Assembly: GCA_963705305.1 (NCBI GenBank)
Contig: OY970067.1
Location: 1,216,001-1,280,000 of the forward strand
DNA: 64,000 bases
Reading direction: 5' to 3'
From: an uncultured Methylomirabilota bacterium
GTDB taxonomy: Bacteria; Methylomirabilota; Methylomirabilia; Methylomirabilales; 2-02-FULL-66-22
In this document: in pieces, positions 21,385-31,906 of the stretch
Layout of the letters: each line of letters starts with the position of its first letter
How positions within the stretch are numbered: the first letter of the stretch is position 1
Position numbers and translations under genes: made by a program
The notes under the pieces: model-generated
What the model was told of the DNA's origin: nothing
Databases searched by the model: none
Seen by the model: the letters and a program-made list of their open reading frames with translations, nothing else

Positions 21385-22046
21385 CGGACGAGTCCTCCGA
21401 GTCCCGCCGCGCGCTCCAGCCGGGAGCCCCCGTACTGGAGCAGCCAGAAAACCGCAATGTAGAGGGCCGCGGCCGATCCGAACGCGGTGAGCGAGCTGAG
21501 CGTCTGGTCGTTGATCTCGCCGGCCGCGCTGGTGAGCTCCTCGATCGCAATGACCGTGAGGACCGACGTGTCCTTGAGGATATACGAGCTGTGGCCGACC
21601 AGAGAAGGAATCACCTTCCGGAACGCCTGGGGCAGGACGATGTATCGCAGACACGCGAGCGGACCCATGGCCAGAGACCGGGCGGCCTCCCACTGGCCCC
21701 GGTGCACACCCAGCATCCCCCCGCGCACGATTTCGGCGATAAAGGCCCCCTCGTTCAATGTGATGGCCAGGATGGCCGCCTCCGGGGCCGAGAGCGTGAT
21801 TCCGATCGACGGCAGCCCGAAGAAGATGAAGTAGAGCTGAACCAGGAGAGGCACCTCGCGGGCGACATTGATGTAGGCAATCAATAAGGGCTCCAGAAGG
21901 GGGAGCGCAAACGCCCGCAGGATGGCCACGCAGGTTCCGAAGCAGAGCGAGGTCACGAGCCCGACCAGCGTATACTCGACAGTGACGACGAGCCCGCGCA
22001 GGAGCAGCGGATAGTACTTGGCAAGAACGTAGAACTCAAAATGCAT
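21375..22046 (-). CDS. Polar amino acid ABC permease
   Basis: PLLVQL, AEIVRGG, GQWEAA, KDTS. Confidence 0.9.
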   Translation of the reverse strand: MHFEFYVLAKYYPLLLRGLVVTVEYTLVGLVTSLCFGTCVAILRAFALPLLEPLLIAYINVAREVPLLVQLYFIFFGLPSIGITLSAPEAAILAITLNEGAFIAEIVRGGMLGVHRGQWEAARSLAMGPLACLRYIVLPQAFRKVIPSLVGHSSYILKDTSVLTVIAIEELTSAAGEINDQTLSSLTAFGSAAALYIAVFWLLQYGGSRLERAAGLGGLVRWT

Positions 22047-22148
22047 GGAGCCTCCCTCTGCGATCACCGCGGCGACCGGCTCCGCGAGCCCCCGCCGCGG
22101 GGGCCCGCGTGGACCGGCCAGAGCCGCGAGGACGGGCGGCCCGGAGCC

Positions 22149-22967
22149 TTAATCGCCGATGTAGCGCGGTTCCCACTTCACCTTGAACCACTTCTCGTAC
22201 AGCTCTTTGTACTCCCCGCTCAGCTTGATCTCCTCAAGGAAGATGTCCAGGCTTCGTCGCAGCTCCGTGTCCCCCGGGCGGCAGGCGAACCGGTACGTCT
22301 GGGGCATCAGGTTGTCCTTCAAAACCTTCAGCTTGTCCTCGTTCCCCTGCAGCCCCACAAAGAGGATGATGGTCTCGTCGTCGAGCGAAGCATCGACGCG
22401 GCCGACCTTCATGGCCTGGAGGGTGTCCACGAAGGTGTCGTACCGCTGGATCTTGGCCTTCGGGAAGGTTTTTTCCACAACCTGAATATAGTTCGAGCCC
22501 TTGGACTCCCCGAAGGTTATCTTCTCCGAGTTGAGATCGGAGAGCTTTTCCACCTTCACGTTCTTGCGGACGAGAATTCGGGAGCCGGTGAAGAGGAAGG
22601 GCTGGGACATGTCCAGCTTGGCGGTCCTGGGAATCGTGGTCGTGATGTGCGCCGCCAGGAAGTCGACCTTCTTCGTGTCGAGGGCAGGGAAGAGCCCGGC
22701 CCATTTGTAATCCATCAATTCGACCTGGACGTCGAGTTTCTTGGCATACAGCCGCACCAGATCCGGCAGCAGCCCCTCGATCTCGCCCGTCTGGGCATTG
22801 GTAAAGGCTAAGGGCTTGATATATGCCGCCACACCCACGATGACCTTCCCCCGATTGAGGATCTCCTGCAAGCTGTTGGCGGGCTCCCCCGCCTGGGCGC
22901 TGGAGATCATCATTGCTGCTAGGCCGGCGGCAATCGCCAGGATGCTTCGAAGATTGCGGAATCTCAT
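22149..22967 (-). CDS. Polar amino acid ABC substrate-binding protein (family 3)
   Basis: Signal peptide; KVDF...ITT..R, GRVDA, LYEKWF. Confidence 0.9.
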   Translation of the reverse strand: MRFRNLRSILAIAAGLAAMMISSAQAGEPANSLQEILNRGKVIVGVAAYIKPLAFTNAQTGEIEGLLPDLVRLYAKKLDVQVELMDYKWAGLFPALDTKKVDFLAAHITTTIPRTAKLDMSQPFLFTGSRILVRKNVKVEKLSDLNSEKITFGESKGSNYIQVVEKTFPKAKIQRYDTFVDTLQAMKVGRVDASLDDETIILFVGLQGNEDKLKVLKDNLMPQTYRFACRPGDTELRRSLDIFLEEIKLSGEYKELYEKWFKVKWEPRYIGD

Positions 22968-23058
22968 CGACGGTGCCCTCCTCTGTTGACTCGCAACTAC
23001 AGCTCACCTGCGACCTGGGACCCGACCCTGCCAATATGTTGCCGTCCCTCACCCCCTT

Positions 23059-24215
23059 CTACCGTTGCCTCTCCAGAAAGTCGAGCAGCCCTTGGAGCCC
23101 TTTTTTCAATTCCTCGATGCTCGTGCAGAAAGAGAGGCGGATGCAACCATCCGAGAGCGGACCGAACGTCCGACCGGGAGCCACGGCCACCCGCGCCGTG
23201 GAGAGGAGTTGCCTGGCAAATGCCTCCGAATCGAGACGGGAGGGGGAGATGTCCACCAGCACGTAGAAGGCCCCCTCGGGGACCGCGAATCGGAGGCCGC
23301 TCTGGCGGAGCATCTCAACAGCCACATCCCGGTTCTTTTGGTAGTAGGCCACCATGGAGCGTGTAAAGTCCTGAGGGCCCGTGACGGCCGCCTCGGCCGC
23401 CTTCTGCGACAGGAACGGCGGGCAGGAGATGTAGGCCTCCGAGAACTTGACCAGGTTCCGACAGATTTCCTCCTCGGCGAGGACATAGCCGATCCGCCAG
23501 CCGGTCATGGCATAGGTCTTCGAGAAGCTGTTCACCGTGATGAGCGATGCCGCATGTTTCAGGGTCGCCATGGGGACAAACTCGACTCCGTAGACGATCC
23601 GGTCGTACACCTCGTCAGAAATCAGGGTGAGCTGATGGGCATAGGCGAAATCGAGAAGCGCCTGGCACTCCGCCCGCGTGAGGACGGAGCCGACGGGGTT
23701 GCTCGGATTATTCACGATGATGACCCGGGTGTCGCGCGTGACTGCCCGCTCCAGGTCGTCCAGGTGGGGTCGGAAGCCATTTTCCGGGCGCATGGGGTAG
23801 TAGCGCGGGATCGCGTTGGCGGCAATCGCCTCCATCGTGTAGTTGGGCCAGCCCGGATCCGGGATCAGCACCCGCTCGCCAGGGTTGACCAGGGCGGCGA
23901 TCGAGATGGCCAGGCCGTAGACGCCCCCGACCGTCAGGAGGATGTTCTCCGCCGTCACGTCGAGCATCGGGTGGTCCCGCACGAGGCTCTCCGCAATCCT
24001 GTTGCGCACCTCCGGGATCCCCTCGTTCTTGGTGTACCGGATGTATCCGCTGGCAGCGGCCTTCGTGGCCGCCTCCACGATGAAGGCCGGGGTGGGGAAG
24101 TGAGGCTGGCCGATCTCCAGATGAACGATCTCCCCCCCATTTCGTTGGCGAGGTTGAGGATGGCTCGAATGCCCGAGCGTTTCATGTTCAGAATCCGATC
24201 CGTCACGGCTGGCAT
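23059..24215 (-). pseudogene. Class I/II PLP aminotransferase (aspartate AT-like) with a single frameshift in a G7 run (may be a sequencing artefact)
   Basis: MPAVTDR...NEMGG joins EIVHLEIGQPHFPTP...NNPSNP, DEVY, SFSKTYAMTGWRIG if one G is added at 24132-24138. Confidence 0.85.
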
Positions 24216-24438
24216 TTCATCCTCCTCGGGAGTTCATCGGAGATCCGGTCGGCACGGGCGAACGCTCGTGCGAGCCCCACGTCAGCTGTGGCCATCTCGC
24301 CTCCGACCTAGCAGGGGCACGGTCGCAGGAGGCCCTAACCGCCGGCGTTCGGCAAGGTGCGGTCGCCTCCATCGGCACATCTGTAGTACCGTGTACGAAA
24401 CTCCGGATACGAAATTTGGATATACTCTTCAAGCAGTG

Positions 24439-25702
24439 TGTCATCCGCAAAAACTCCATCCGCTGGGCATTCCGTGCTGATAAACTCCCCCGTCTGCTGT
24501 TCGCCACGCTGCCGATGGCGTGTAGCCCCAGACCCAACCTGAAGCGGGGGAGTCCGCGTGGTTATGCAACGGGTCGAGCCGTTTCTTCATCTTGTTGGCC
24601 GGGTGCTGACCGGGCTGGGGATCGACCTCGTGCGGTTGCTGGGGACCAGCCTCCGGTCCCGGACCGCGCTGGCCGCCGAGGACTTGTTCCTCCGGAAACA
24701 GCTGGCCCTCTACCACGAGCGCCAGGTGAAACCGCGACGGGCGTCGGATCCGCTCCGGCTCACGCTCGTCCTCCTCGCGCGATGGTTCGCCTGGCGCGAG
24801 GCGCTCACGATCGTCCAGCCGGCCACCCTGATCCGCTGGCACCGCCAGGCGTTCCGCCTGCTCTGGCGCTGGCGGTCCCGTTCGGGGCGGCCACGCCTCC
24901 CGGCGGACCTCCAGCGCCTGATCATCGCGATGACCCGCAGCAATCCGACGTGGGGCGAAGAGCGGATCGCCGCGGAGCTGCTCCTGAAGCTCGGGATCCG
25001 GGTCTCGCCGCGCACCGTCCGCCGCTACATGGCCCGCGGGCCCCGCGGGGGAGGGCGCGGAGCGGCTCAGCAGCGGTGGGCCACCTTCGTCCGCAACCAC
25101 GCCCACGCCGTCGTTGCCTGCGACTTCTGCGTCGCGGTGACCGCAACGTTCCGAGTCCTCTACGTCTTCGTGGCGCTTGAGGTGGGCAGCCGCCGGCTCG
25201 TGCACGTCAATGTTACCAGCCACCCGACCGCGGCGTGGACCCTACAGCAGTTCCGAGAGATCCTCGCCGCGCCGCACGCCTATCGGTTCGTCCTGCATGA
25301 TCGCGACAGTATCTATTCGCCCTGGCTGGACTCAGCCGTGACCGCGATGGGCGTCCGCGTCCTCCGGACGCCGGTCCACGCGCTAACGGCGAACGCATTT
25401 TGTGAACGGCTACTCGGTAGCCTCCGCCGGGAGTGCCTCGAAGATCTGATTCCCTTGGGCGAAGACCATTTGCGGAAGATCCTTCACGTCTGGCGGCTCC
25501 ATTACAACCGCGGCCGCCCTCACGCGAGTCTTGGCCCGGGGCTTCCGGAGTCCCCACCCGGGCTTCCCGCGCCCTCGATCACCGGCCATCGGCTTCCGCG
25601 TGAGGTGCGCGTCGTGGCGCGACCGATCCTCGGTGGACTCCACCATGAGTACGGCCTGGAGAAGCTAGCAGCATGACGGAGCGGAGGTTTTTGCGGAGTA
25701 CA
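24439..25702 (+). mobile_element. IS-like element (rve/DDE integrase core, IS481-like TGT ends), copy 1
   Basis: Imperfect inverted ends TGTCATCCGCAAAAAC / TGTACTCCGCAAAAAC; no target duplication seen. Confidence 0.8.
24558..25676 (+). CDS. Integrase core domain DDE transposase
   Basis: ACDF, HDRD, ERLLGSLRRECL, YNRGRPH, LGGLHHEY. Confidence 0.88.
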   Translation: MVMQRVEPFLHLVGRVLTGLGIDLVRLLGTSLRSRTALAAEDLFLRKQLALYHERQVKPRRASDPLRLTLVLLARWFAWREALTIVQPATLIRWHRQAFRLLWRWRSRSGRPRLPADLQRLIIAMTRSNPTWGEERIAAELLLKLGIRVSPRTVRRYMARGPRGGGRGAAQQRWATFVRNHAHAVVACDFCVAVTATFRVLYVFVALEVGSRRLVHVNVTSHPTAAWTLQQFREILAAPHAYRFVLHDRDSIYSPWLDSAVTAMGVRVLRTPVHALTANAFCERLLGSLRRECLEDLIPLGEDHLRKILHVWRLHYNRGRPHASLGPGLPESPPGLPAPSITGHRLPREVRVVARPILGGLHHEYGLEKLAA

Positions 25703-25705
25703 GCC

Positions 25706-26575
25706 CTATTTAATTGAACCGGCGACAAGGCCGCGCACGAGGTGCTTCTCCAGAAAGAGAAAGATGACGAGGACCGGGAGGCAGGCGAGCAGCGAGGCGG
25801 CCATCATGTCATTCCATGAGATGGTCGTGTCGCCAACGTATGTCGTCACGCCCGCGGTCATGGTTTCCATCTGCGTCGAATTAATCAACGTTCTCGCAAA
25901 AAGGAGTTCACCCCATGAGAATACAAAGCAGTACATGGCCGTGGCGACCAGACCAGGTCGAGATAGGGGTAGGGTGACTCGGACGAATGCTCCAAAGATA
26001 GTGCAGCCATCCACTTGAGCGGACTCCTCGATCTCTCTCGGGATTCCATCAAAGAAACCTTTCATCATCCAAACCCCAAACGGGATGATATAACTAGTGT
26101 TGGCGATCACCAGGGTCACGCGATTATCGATCAAGTGAAGCCCCTGGAAGACCACATAGAGAGGCACAATGAGAAGTGTGCCCGGAAGCATCCTGATCAA
26201 CAGAAGCATCCCCCCCATGAATCGTGACTCCGGAGTTTTAATCCGGGACAGGGAATAGCCACCCAGTGCGGAGATGCTTAGCGACACCACGGACGTCAGC
26301 ACAGACACATATGTGGAATTCAAAAGCCACCGAAAGATCGGGCGATTTACAAATATGCGAACGAAGGGGTAGAAAAACAGGCTCGATATATTTGGAATAA
26401 AGACAGGTGGATACAAGAGCAGTCGATCATCGTGGAGGGTGGCGGTGAGGAACATCCAATAGATCGGGAACAGCACGAGTACCAAGGCGAGACCGAGCAC
26501 GAGATAAATCGGAAGCATCCGCCATTGGAAGCTACTTGCTCTCCTCCGGACTGAGAGAGCTCGATACGGCTTCAT
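25706..26575 (-). CDS. Carbohydrate ABC permease (MalG-like)
   Basis: GIPREIEESAQVDG EAA loop. Confidence 0.9.
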   Translation of the reverse strand: MKPYRALSVRRRASSFQWRMLPIYLVLGLALVLVLFPIYWMFLTATLHDDRLLLYPPVFIPNISSLFFYPFVRIFVNRPIFRWLLNSTYVSVLTSVVSLSISALGGYSLSRIKTPESRFMGGMLLLIRMLPGTLLIVPLYVVFQGLHLIDNRVTLVIANTSYIIPFGVWMMKGFFDGIPREIEESAQVDGCTIFGAFVRVTLPLSRPGLVATAMYCFVFSWGELLFARTLINSTQMETMTAGVTTYVGDTTISWNDMMAASLLACLPVLVIFLFLEKHLVRGLVAGSIK

Positions 26576-27522
26576 GAATAGAATTCCCTACGCAGAGGCC
26601 TATGGCATGCGAGGACGATTGCTAGGCAGATTACGAACGTTACGATCCCGAGCGCCGATGCATGCCCCGCGTGAAGAAATCGGAAAGCCTCTTGATAGAT
26701 GGAGACCGCTAAGCTCTCGGTCATGCGGTCCGGGCCGCCGCCGGTCATGACATAAATCGTATCAAACTCCCGGAAGACCCAGAGGGCATTAAGCATGAGG
26801 GAAATTGTAATAAGGGAACGAAGCGCTGGGAGGGTGATCGAGGTGAACTGCCGTAAGCGGCCGGCACCGTCTACACGCGCCGCCTCATAGAACTCAGTGG
26901 GAACCGCTTGGAGGCCCGCTAGCAACATTAGCATGAAGAACGGGCAGTTCTTCCAGATCGTTGTGACAATGATGGTTGCAAGTGCGGTGGTCGGCGAGCC
27001 GAGCCAGTCAATGTTTCCGGGGACAAGATGGAGACGGATTAAAAGATAATTCGTTACGCCGAAAGAGCTGTCGAAGATCAGCATGAAAACCATGCTTCCC
27101 ACCGCCGTAGGAATTGCCCATGGCATGGCTAGCAACACCCGAAAAATCCGTCGGCCCCGGAGAGGTTGGTCGAGGAGGAGAGCCAAGCCAAGGCCGACCA
27201 GGAAGGTAAGTGGCGTGGCAAACAGCGTGTATAGCCCTGAGACCTTCAGAGATTGCCAGAAGGCACGATCAGAGAGCATGTCCGTGTAGTTCCGAAGGGT
27301 GGGCGATGACGTCAACGGCTTGGCAATATCGTACAGATCGACCTGGAAAAAGCTGAGTTTAAAGGTGAGATAGAGAGGGTAGAGAATGACACCGAGGACG
27401 AAAAGCGTTTCTGGCAACAGGACCAAGCTGCAAAAGAGGCGTTTACGCTGGTCAAGAGAGAGGACTGGCCACTTCATCGGATTACTCCCTGTCCGGTAGA
27501 TGGCCACGGGATTACGAAGCAT
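26572..27522 (-). CDS. Carbohydrate ABC permease (MalF-like)
   Basis: LAGLQAVP..YEAARVDGA, MTGGGP; start may be 27477. Confidence 0.9.
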   Translation of the reverse strand: MLRNPVAIYRTGSNPMKWPVLSLDQRKRLFCSLVLLPETLFVLGVILYPLYLTFKLSFFQVDLYDIAKPLTSSPTLRNYTDMLSDRAFWQSLKVSGLYTLFATPLTFLVGLGLALLLDQPLRGRRIFRVLLAMPWAIPTAVGSMVFMLIFDSSFGVTNYLLIRLHLVPGNIDWLGSPTTALATIIVTTIWKNCPFFMLMLLAGLQAVPTEFYEAARVDGAGRLRQFTSITLPALRSLITISLMLNALWVFREFDTIYVMTGGGPDRMTESLAVSIYQEAFRFLHAGHASALGIVTFVICLAIVLACHRPLRREFYS

Positions 27523-27631
27523 CGCACTGGAATAGCAAGTACGCAGGTGCCATCGCGACCTGCGACACCGAGGTATCCGGCACCCCTGGATTGTCCTCCG
27601 GCAAGGAGCGCCGGATGCCTCGGATCCCCGG

Positions 27632-28861
27632 TCACTTCAAAGCAGCCTCGATTTTCTTCTGGGCGTCGTCAAGGATGGCTTTGCTGTCCCGATTGGTCGA
27701 AAGAGCCTCCGTGAAGTGGTCGATCAGGATCTTGCTATATACTTCGAAGGGTCGTTCGTACCCAACGGGGTATTCACTGACATCGGCCATGCTCATCGAT
27801 TTGGTGAAAGTCTCCAATTCGGGGACCTTGGCGACAATGACCGGCGTGACGCTTCCCTCAAGCATCGGAGGGCTTTTCACCAGTTCGGCTTGCTTTCTCT
27901 GCATCTCAGGTGAGGCAAGAATCTTCATGAAATCCCAGACCAGTGCCTTCTTGGCCGGATCCAATGAAGCTGGCATGCTGATGCTGGTAGCCTGACCGAT
28001 GGGGATCCTCTTGAACGGAGGGAGCATGACCCTGACATAGGGTTTCACTGTGTCAGGAGCATTCGCCTTCATGGCCAAGAGGAACGACCCGTCGATAATC
28101 ATGGCTGTTTTCCCAGTGAAGAAGAGGAGACGGGCGTTTGCCGCCAGCTGATTGCGCGGGGCATACCCTGCCTGCACCAAGTTCCGGTAGAAGGTCAGCG
28201 CCTGGACAGCTTCGGGGGAGTTGACCGTCAGTTTGCCCCCCGGAGTCCAGTCGCCGCCGAACCCAGCGAGAAAGTCAGTAAGCGCCAAGTGCATGTCGGT
28301 CGATGGAGCGGTCACCAGGGAAATCCCGTACCGTCCTGGACCGGTCGTCAGACGCTTTGCAGCTTGCCAGAGGTCGCCCATTGTCTTTGGCGGTCTCACG
28401 CCGGCTTCTGTGAACATTCGCTCATTGTAGTATAGGGCATACACATGGGCGAGGAGCAGCACACCGTAGGTCTTCCCCCCCACCACCATGGTCTTTTGCA
28501 GGGGAGGCCAGCCTTTCAGAATGTTATCCTTGGCAAGGTACGGGTCGAGGGGTTCGAGGAGCCCTCGAGCAGCTAAGTCAAAATAGAATCGCGTGGACAC
28601 GTGGACGATGTCGGGTGGGTTCCCTGCGGCGAAGCGGGCATGCATCTTGTCGTGATGCACTTCGAATTGCTCCTGCTCGGCCTGGATTTTGACGCCGGGG
28701 TGCTGGCTCTCAAATCGGGCGATCCCCTCCTTCCACCAATCAGCGAACCCCGGTTCAGTGATTTGATGACTCGGGAACTCCAGAATAGTTCCCGCCGATG
28801 CTACGCCTGTAAAGAGCAAGACAAAACCTAGTCCTATGAACACTCGTCTAGTCGTACCCAT
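27632..28861 (-). CDS. Carbohydrate ABC substrate-binding protein
   Basis: Signal peptide, AGNPPDI, LYYNERMF; start at MGTTRR after an AGGAGG RBS. Confidence 0.88.
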   Translation of the reverse strand: MGTTRRVFIGLGFVLLFTGVASAGTILEFPSHQITEPGFADWWKEGIARFESQHPGVKIQAEQEQFEVHHDKMHARFAAGNPPDIVHVSTRFYFDLAARGLLEPLDPYLAKDNILKGWPPLQKTMVVGGKTYGVLLLAHVYALYYNERMFTEAGVRPPKTMGDLWQAAKRLTTGPGRYGISLVTAPSTDMHLALTDFLAGFGGDWTPGGKLTVNSPEAVQALTFYRNLVQAGYAPRNQLAANARLLFFTGKTAMIIDGSFLLAMKANAPDTVKPYVRVMLPPFKRIPIGQATSISMPASLDPAKKALVWDFMKILASPEMQRKQAELVKSPPMLEGSVTPVIVAKVPELETFTKSMSMADVSEYPVGYERPFEVYSKILIDHFTEALSTNRDSKAILDDAQKKIEAALK

Positions 28862-29532
28862 GGTTGTTCCTCCTTTTGAGGACTGTTCCCATGATCCGCT
28901 AGCCTCAACTCTTTCTGCTTGCTCTAAACGATCCACCTCCTCTCACGCGCGTGTCCAACGAACCCACACACTCCCTCCGGTTGATAAAGAGCTGTCCGAG
29001 CCACCCATTCGGTTCGAACTAGCCGCGGGTCAAGCCACTCTATCGCAGCCCACGCAAAGCCGCTTATCCGGAGGCGTGCGCAAGCATGGTGCTACGTTAA
29101 CAATAAAATTTCATACAAACCTATGCAATTTCTCCCAGCGTTTTTGGAACCCATCTTTGCGGAAGCGCTTCCAGTGAATTCTTTCCATCTAAACCCTTGG
29201 CGCGAGGACGCATTCGGGCGTGCAAGCGTGATCCCGAAAGGGCCTTTTCGAGGCTAACCGGAATGCTGATTCACCCTGCGGGTCGCGGATGGCTCACATG
29301 AATTGACCCATATCGGATGAATTTGCGTCAGTCCTAGCTGCAATTCAACTTGCAGCCATTCGCGAAAGTGCGTTAGTCCCCCCATGTCAAAGAGCAACGC
29401 CTTACATTCTTTTGTTGGATTCTACCCCATGGTCGGTGTGATCTCCCAGAGAAAGGCCTTAACGAGTTATTGGCCGATCGACTGGACAGTCCTATGCTCG
29501 GTTTCATTGAAACGGATGGTTGGTCACATATT

Positions 29533-29638
29533 GTCCAGTGATACAATCTCTTTCTAAGATGCATCAATTGGCTTGCGATGAACCACACCCAATTTGCCTC
29601 GCCTTTGATAGATGACGCCCTAGCCGCTCGCTTCATGT
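29533..29638. repeat. 106-bp diverged direct repeat, copy A
   Basis: Gapless alignment to 34523-34628; 79/106 identical by hand count. Confidence 0.8.
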
Positions 29639-29804
29639 CATCAATAAGGTCATCTCAAATAATAACAGGACAAGCGGAAACTGAATGGACTATTTGCGCA
29701 TCCAGACAGAAGGCAAGGGCTTCTACCGCTGTCATGGACCCAGACCCCGAGCCCGACCTGCGTGACGTGGGCCCCCTGGTGACCTCCTCGCCCGCAGTCG
29801 CTGC

Positions 29805-31703
29805 TCACCCGCCAAGATTAAAGGCCCTGGGCAGGGCTAGCGTGAACCAGGGCGCGAACGCTACGAACAGCAGCCCGATGCAGAGCACGACCAAGAACGG
29901 AAATATGACACGTATGGTCCCATCGATATCGGAATCACACACAGCGCAGGTGACATAAAACACCACCCCGACCGGGGGCGCGGAGGCCCCGATCCCCATG
30001 GCGATAAGCAAGACGATCCCGTAGTGCAGCGGGCTAATACCGACTTGGCCGGCGATTGGTACCAGCAACGGCGCCAAGACGAGCAGGGCTGGCAGCCCAT
30101 CCAGGACCGAACCGAGGACGATGAGAAGCACACCCGAACCCAGCATGAATAGCCACTGGGTCGCGTGCACGCTTTGCAAGAGTTCGACGAGACGTTGAGG
30201 CAGATATCCGATCGTAAGCGCCCATGAAAAACTCGTTGCGGCTCCCATAATGAAGAGAAGAACGCCAGCCATGTTCGAGCAGTCTACGACGCTACGAATA
30301 AACTGCGCCCTCCCAAGTTCTCTGTAACCGATCACTGAGAGCGCGAGGCCATAGACTACGGCAAAAGACGACACCTCGGTTGGCGTCGCTATGCCAAATA
30401 CAATTCCCATCACGATGCACACCGGCATGAGCAGGGGCAGCATCGCGCCGAGCGCGGAGCTAGCGAGCAACCGCAGGCTGCCGCGTGACGAGGCGTACGT
30501 TCGCGTGCGTCGGGCTCGCTCATAAATGAGGGCCATCAAGCAAAGCGCGAGCACCGCGGCCGGAACAAGCCCCGCGAGAAAGAGCGCTCCCATTGACAGC
30601 GTGGTGATCGAACCAAGTACCAGTATGCCGAGGCTAGGTGGGACGGTCTCTCCCATTGCCGCCGATGCCGCGAGCACAGCAGCACCCTCCTCGAGGCTAT
30701 ATCCTTCCGGTCGCAGCGTATCGCGCATGACTGAGCCTACAGCCGCAACGTCCGCTGCCTTTGAACCCGACAGACCGGAAACTATGTACATGCTTACTAC
30801 CATGACTTGCAGGAGCCCGCCCCGCCAGTGTCCCACAGCAGCATGCACAAAATGGATCAGACGCTTGCTGATGCCACCCTGCTCCATCAGAATGCCCGCG
30901 AAGATGAAGAAGGGAAGGGCGAGCATTACGAACATGCCCGTGCCCTCTATCATATTTTGTGGAAGCGCCACCATGGGCGCTGCCCCCGAGACATAGAGGT
31001 ACACAAACGTTCCCGTGAGCAGAGCGAAACCCACCGGCAGGCCAATTAGGATAGTCGCAAGGAAAAGAGCAAGTGTGAGGGCCATTGAGGCGTCGCCCGA
31101 GAACAAGGGCAGCCACTGCTCGCGAGTAAGCACGAGCAGTACCGTCATGCCGAGAAAGACTCCAGTCACGGTGACCGCGGTCGAACGGTGCTGGAGGAAA
31201 AGGTGCTCGATTGCCGTGAACGCGATCACCACCATCCCCACGATCAGAGGCAGCGCAATCCAGGTCTCGCGAAGTCCGAGCATCGGCGTGCGCATTTCCC
31301 AACGTGTGACAAGGAGCGGCCAGGAACTGAGTGCAGCCGTCACGGCGACCGTCAGCACCAGAAGATCGACGAGCACTTGGCAAACCCGGCGGTAGGGGAG
31401 TGGCAAGGCCGCGATCAGCGCCCGGAGGAACGCGTGACCGCCACGCCGGTAGCCAGCCGCGCCACCCAAGAATGCCATGACTGAGAGGGCAAGTTTTGCC
31501 GCGTCCTGAGTCCACAAGATCGGCGCGTTGAAGAGCGACCGTAAAAGAACGTTGAAAAATACCACGCCAAGCTCTGCAAGGAAGGCCAGACCGATGATCA
31601 GGTTGAGCGTGCGATCGACCAGCGATGCCAGCCGGTTGCCCGTGGTAGAGCGGGAAGTCAGCGGATCTACCTCCTTCGCAACTGATCGGACCTCGCTAGC
31701 CAT
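29805..31703 (-). CDS. TRAP transporter fused small+large permease (DctQM)
   Basis: DctQ-like N-terminus, then SGLSGSKAAD, VPPS, ATPTE, PPVG. Confidence 0.9.
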   Translation of the reverse strand: MASEVRSVAKEVDPLTSRSTTGNRLASLVDRTLNLIIGLAFLAELGVVFFNVLLRSLFNAPILWTQDAAKLALSVMAFLGGAAGYRRGGHAFLRALIAALPLPYRRVCQVLVDLLVLTVAVTAALSSWPLLVTRWEMRTPMLGLRETWIALPLIVGMVVIAFTAIEHLFLQHRSTAVTVTGVFLGMTVLLVLTREQWLPLFSGDASMALTLALFLATILIGLPVGFALLTGTFVYLYVSGAAPMVALPQNMIEGTGMFVMLALPFFIFAGILMEQGGISKRLIHFVHAAVGHWRGGLLQVMVVSMYIVSGLSGSKAADVAAVGSVMRDTLRPEGYSLEEGAAVLAASAAMGETVPPSLGILVLGSITTLSMGALFLAGLVPAAVLALCLMALIYERARRTRTYASSRGSLRLLASSALGAMLPLLMPVCIVMGIVFGIATPTEVSSFAVVYGLALSVIGYRELGRAQFIRSVVDCSNMAGVLLFIMGAATSFSWALTIGYLPQRLVELLQSVHATQWLFMLGSGVLLIVLGSVLDGLPALLVLAPLLVPIAGQVGISPLHYGIVLLIAMGIGASAPPVGVVFYVTCAVCDSDIDGTIRVIFPFLVVLCIGLLFVAFAPWFTLALPRAFNLGG

Positions 31704-31906
31704 CTCGCCTTTCCCCCCGCATTATTGAAGCAGGAAGACGCCGAAACAGGAAAACGCTAGCACCAAGGGGTAGGACCGCATGATAAAATAGGGTAAAGTA
31801 CCATTCCTTCCATTAGCCATGCTCGGCCGGTGGTGTGGGGAAGCGCCTCCGGTGTGGACGCTGTGGCAGTGGGGAGTCCTGGCGTTGCTCTCGGGGCGGG
31901 CACTGA

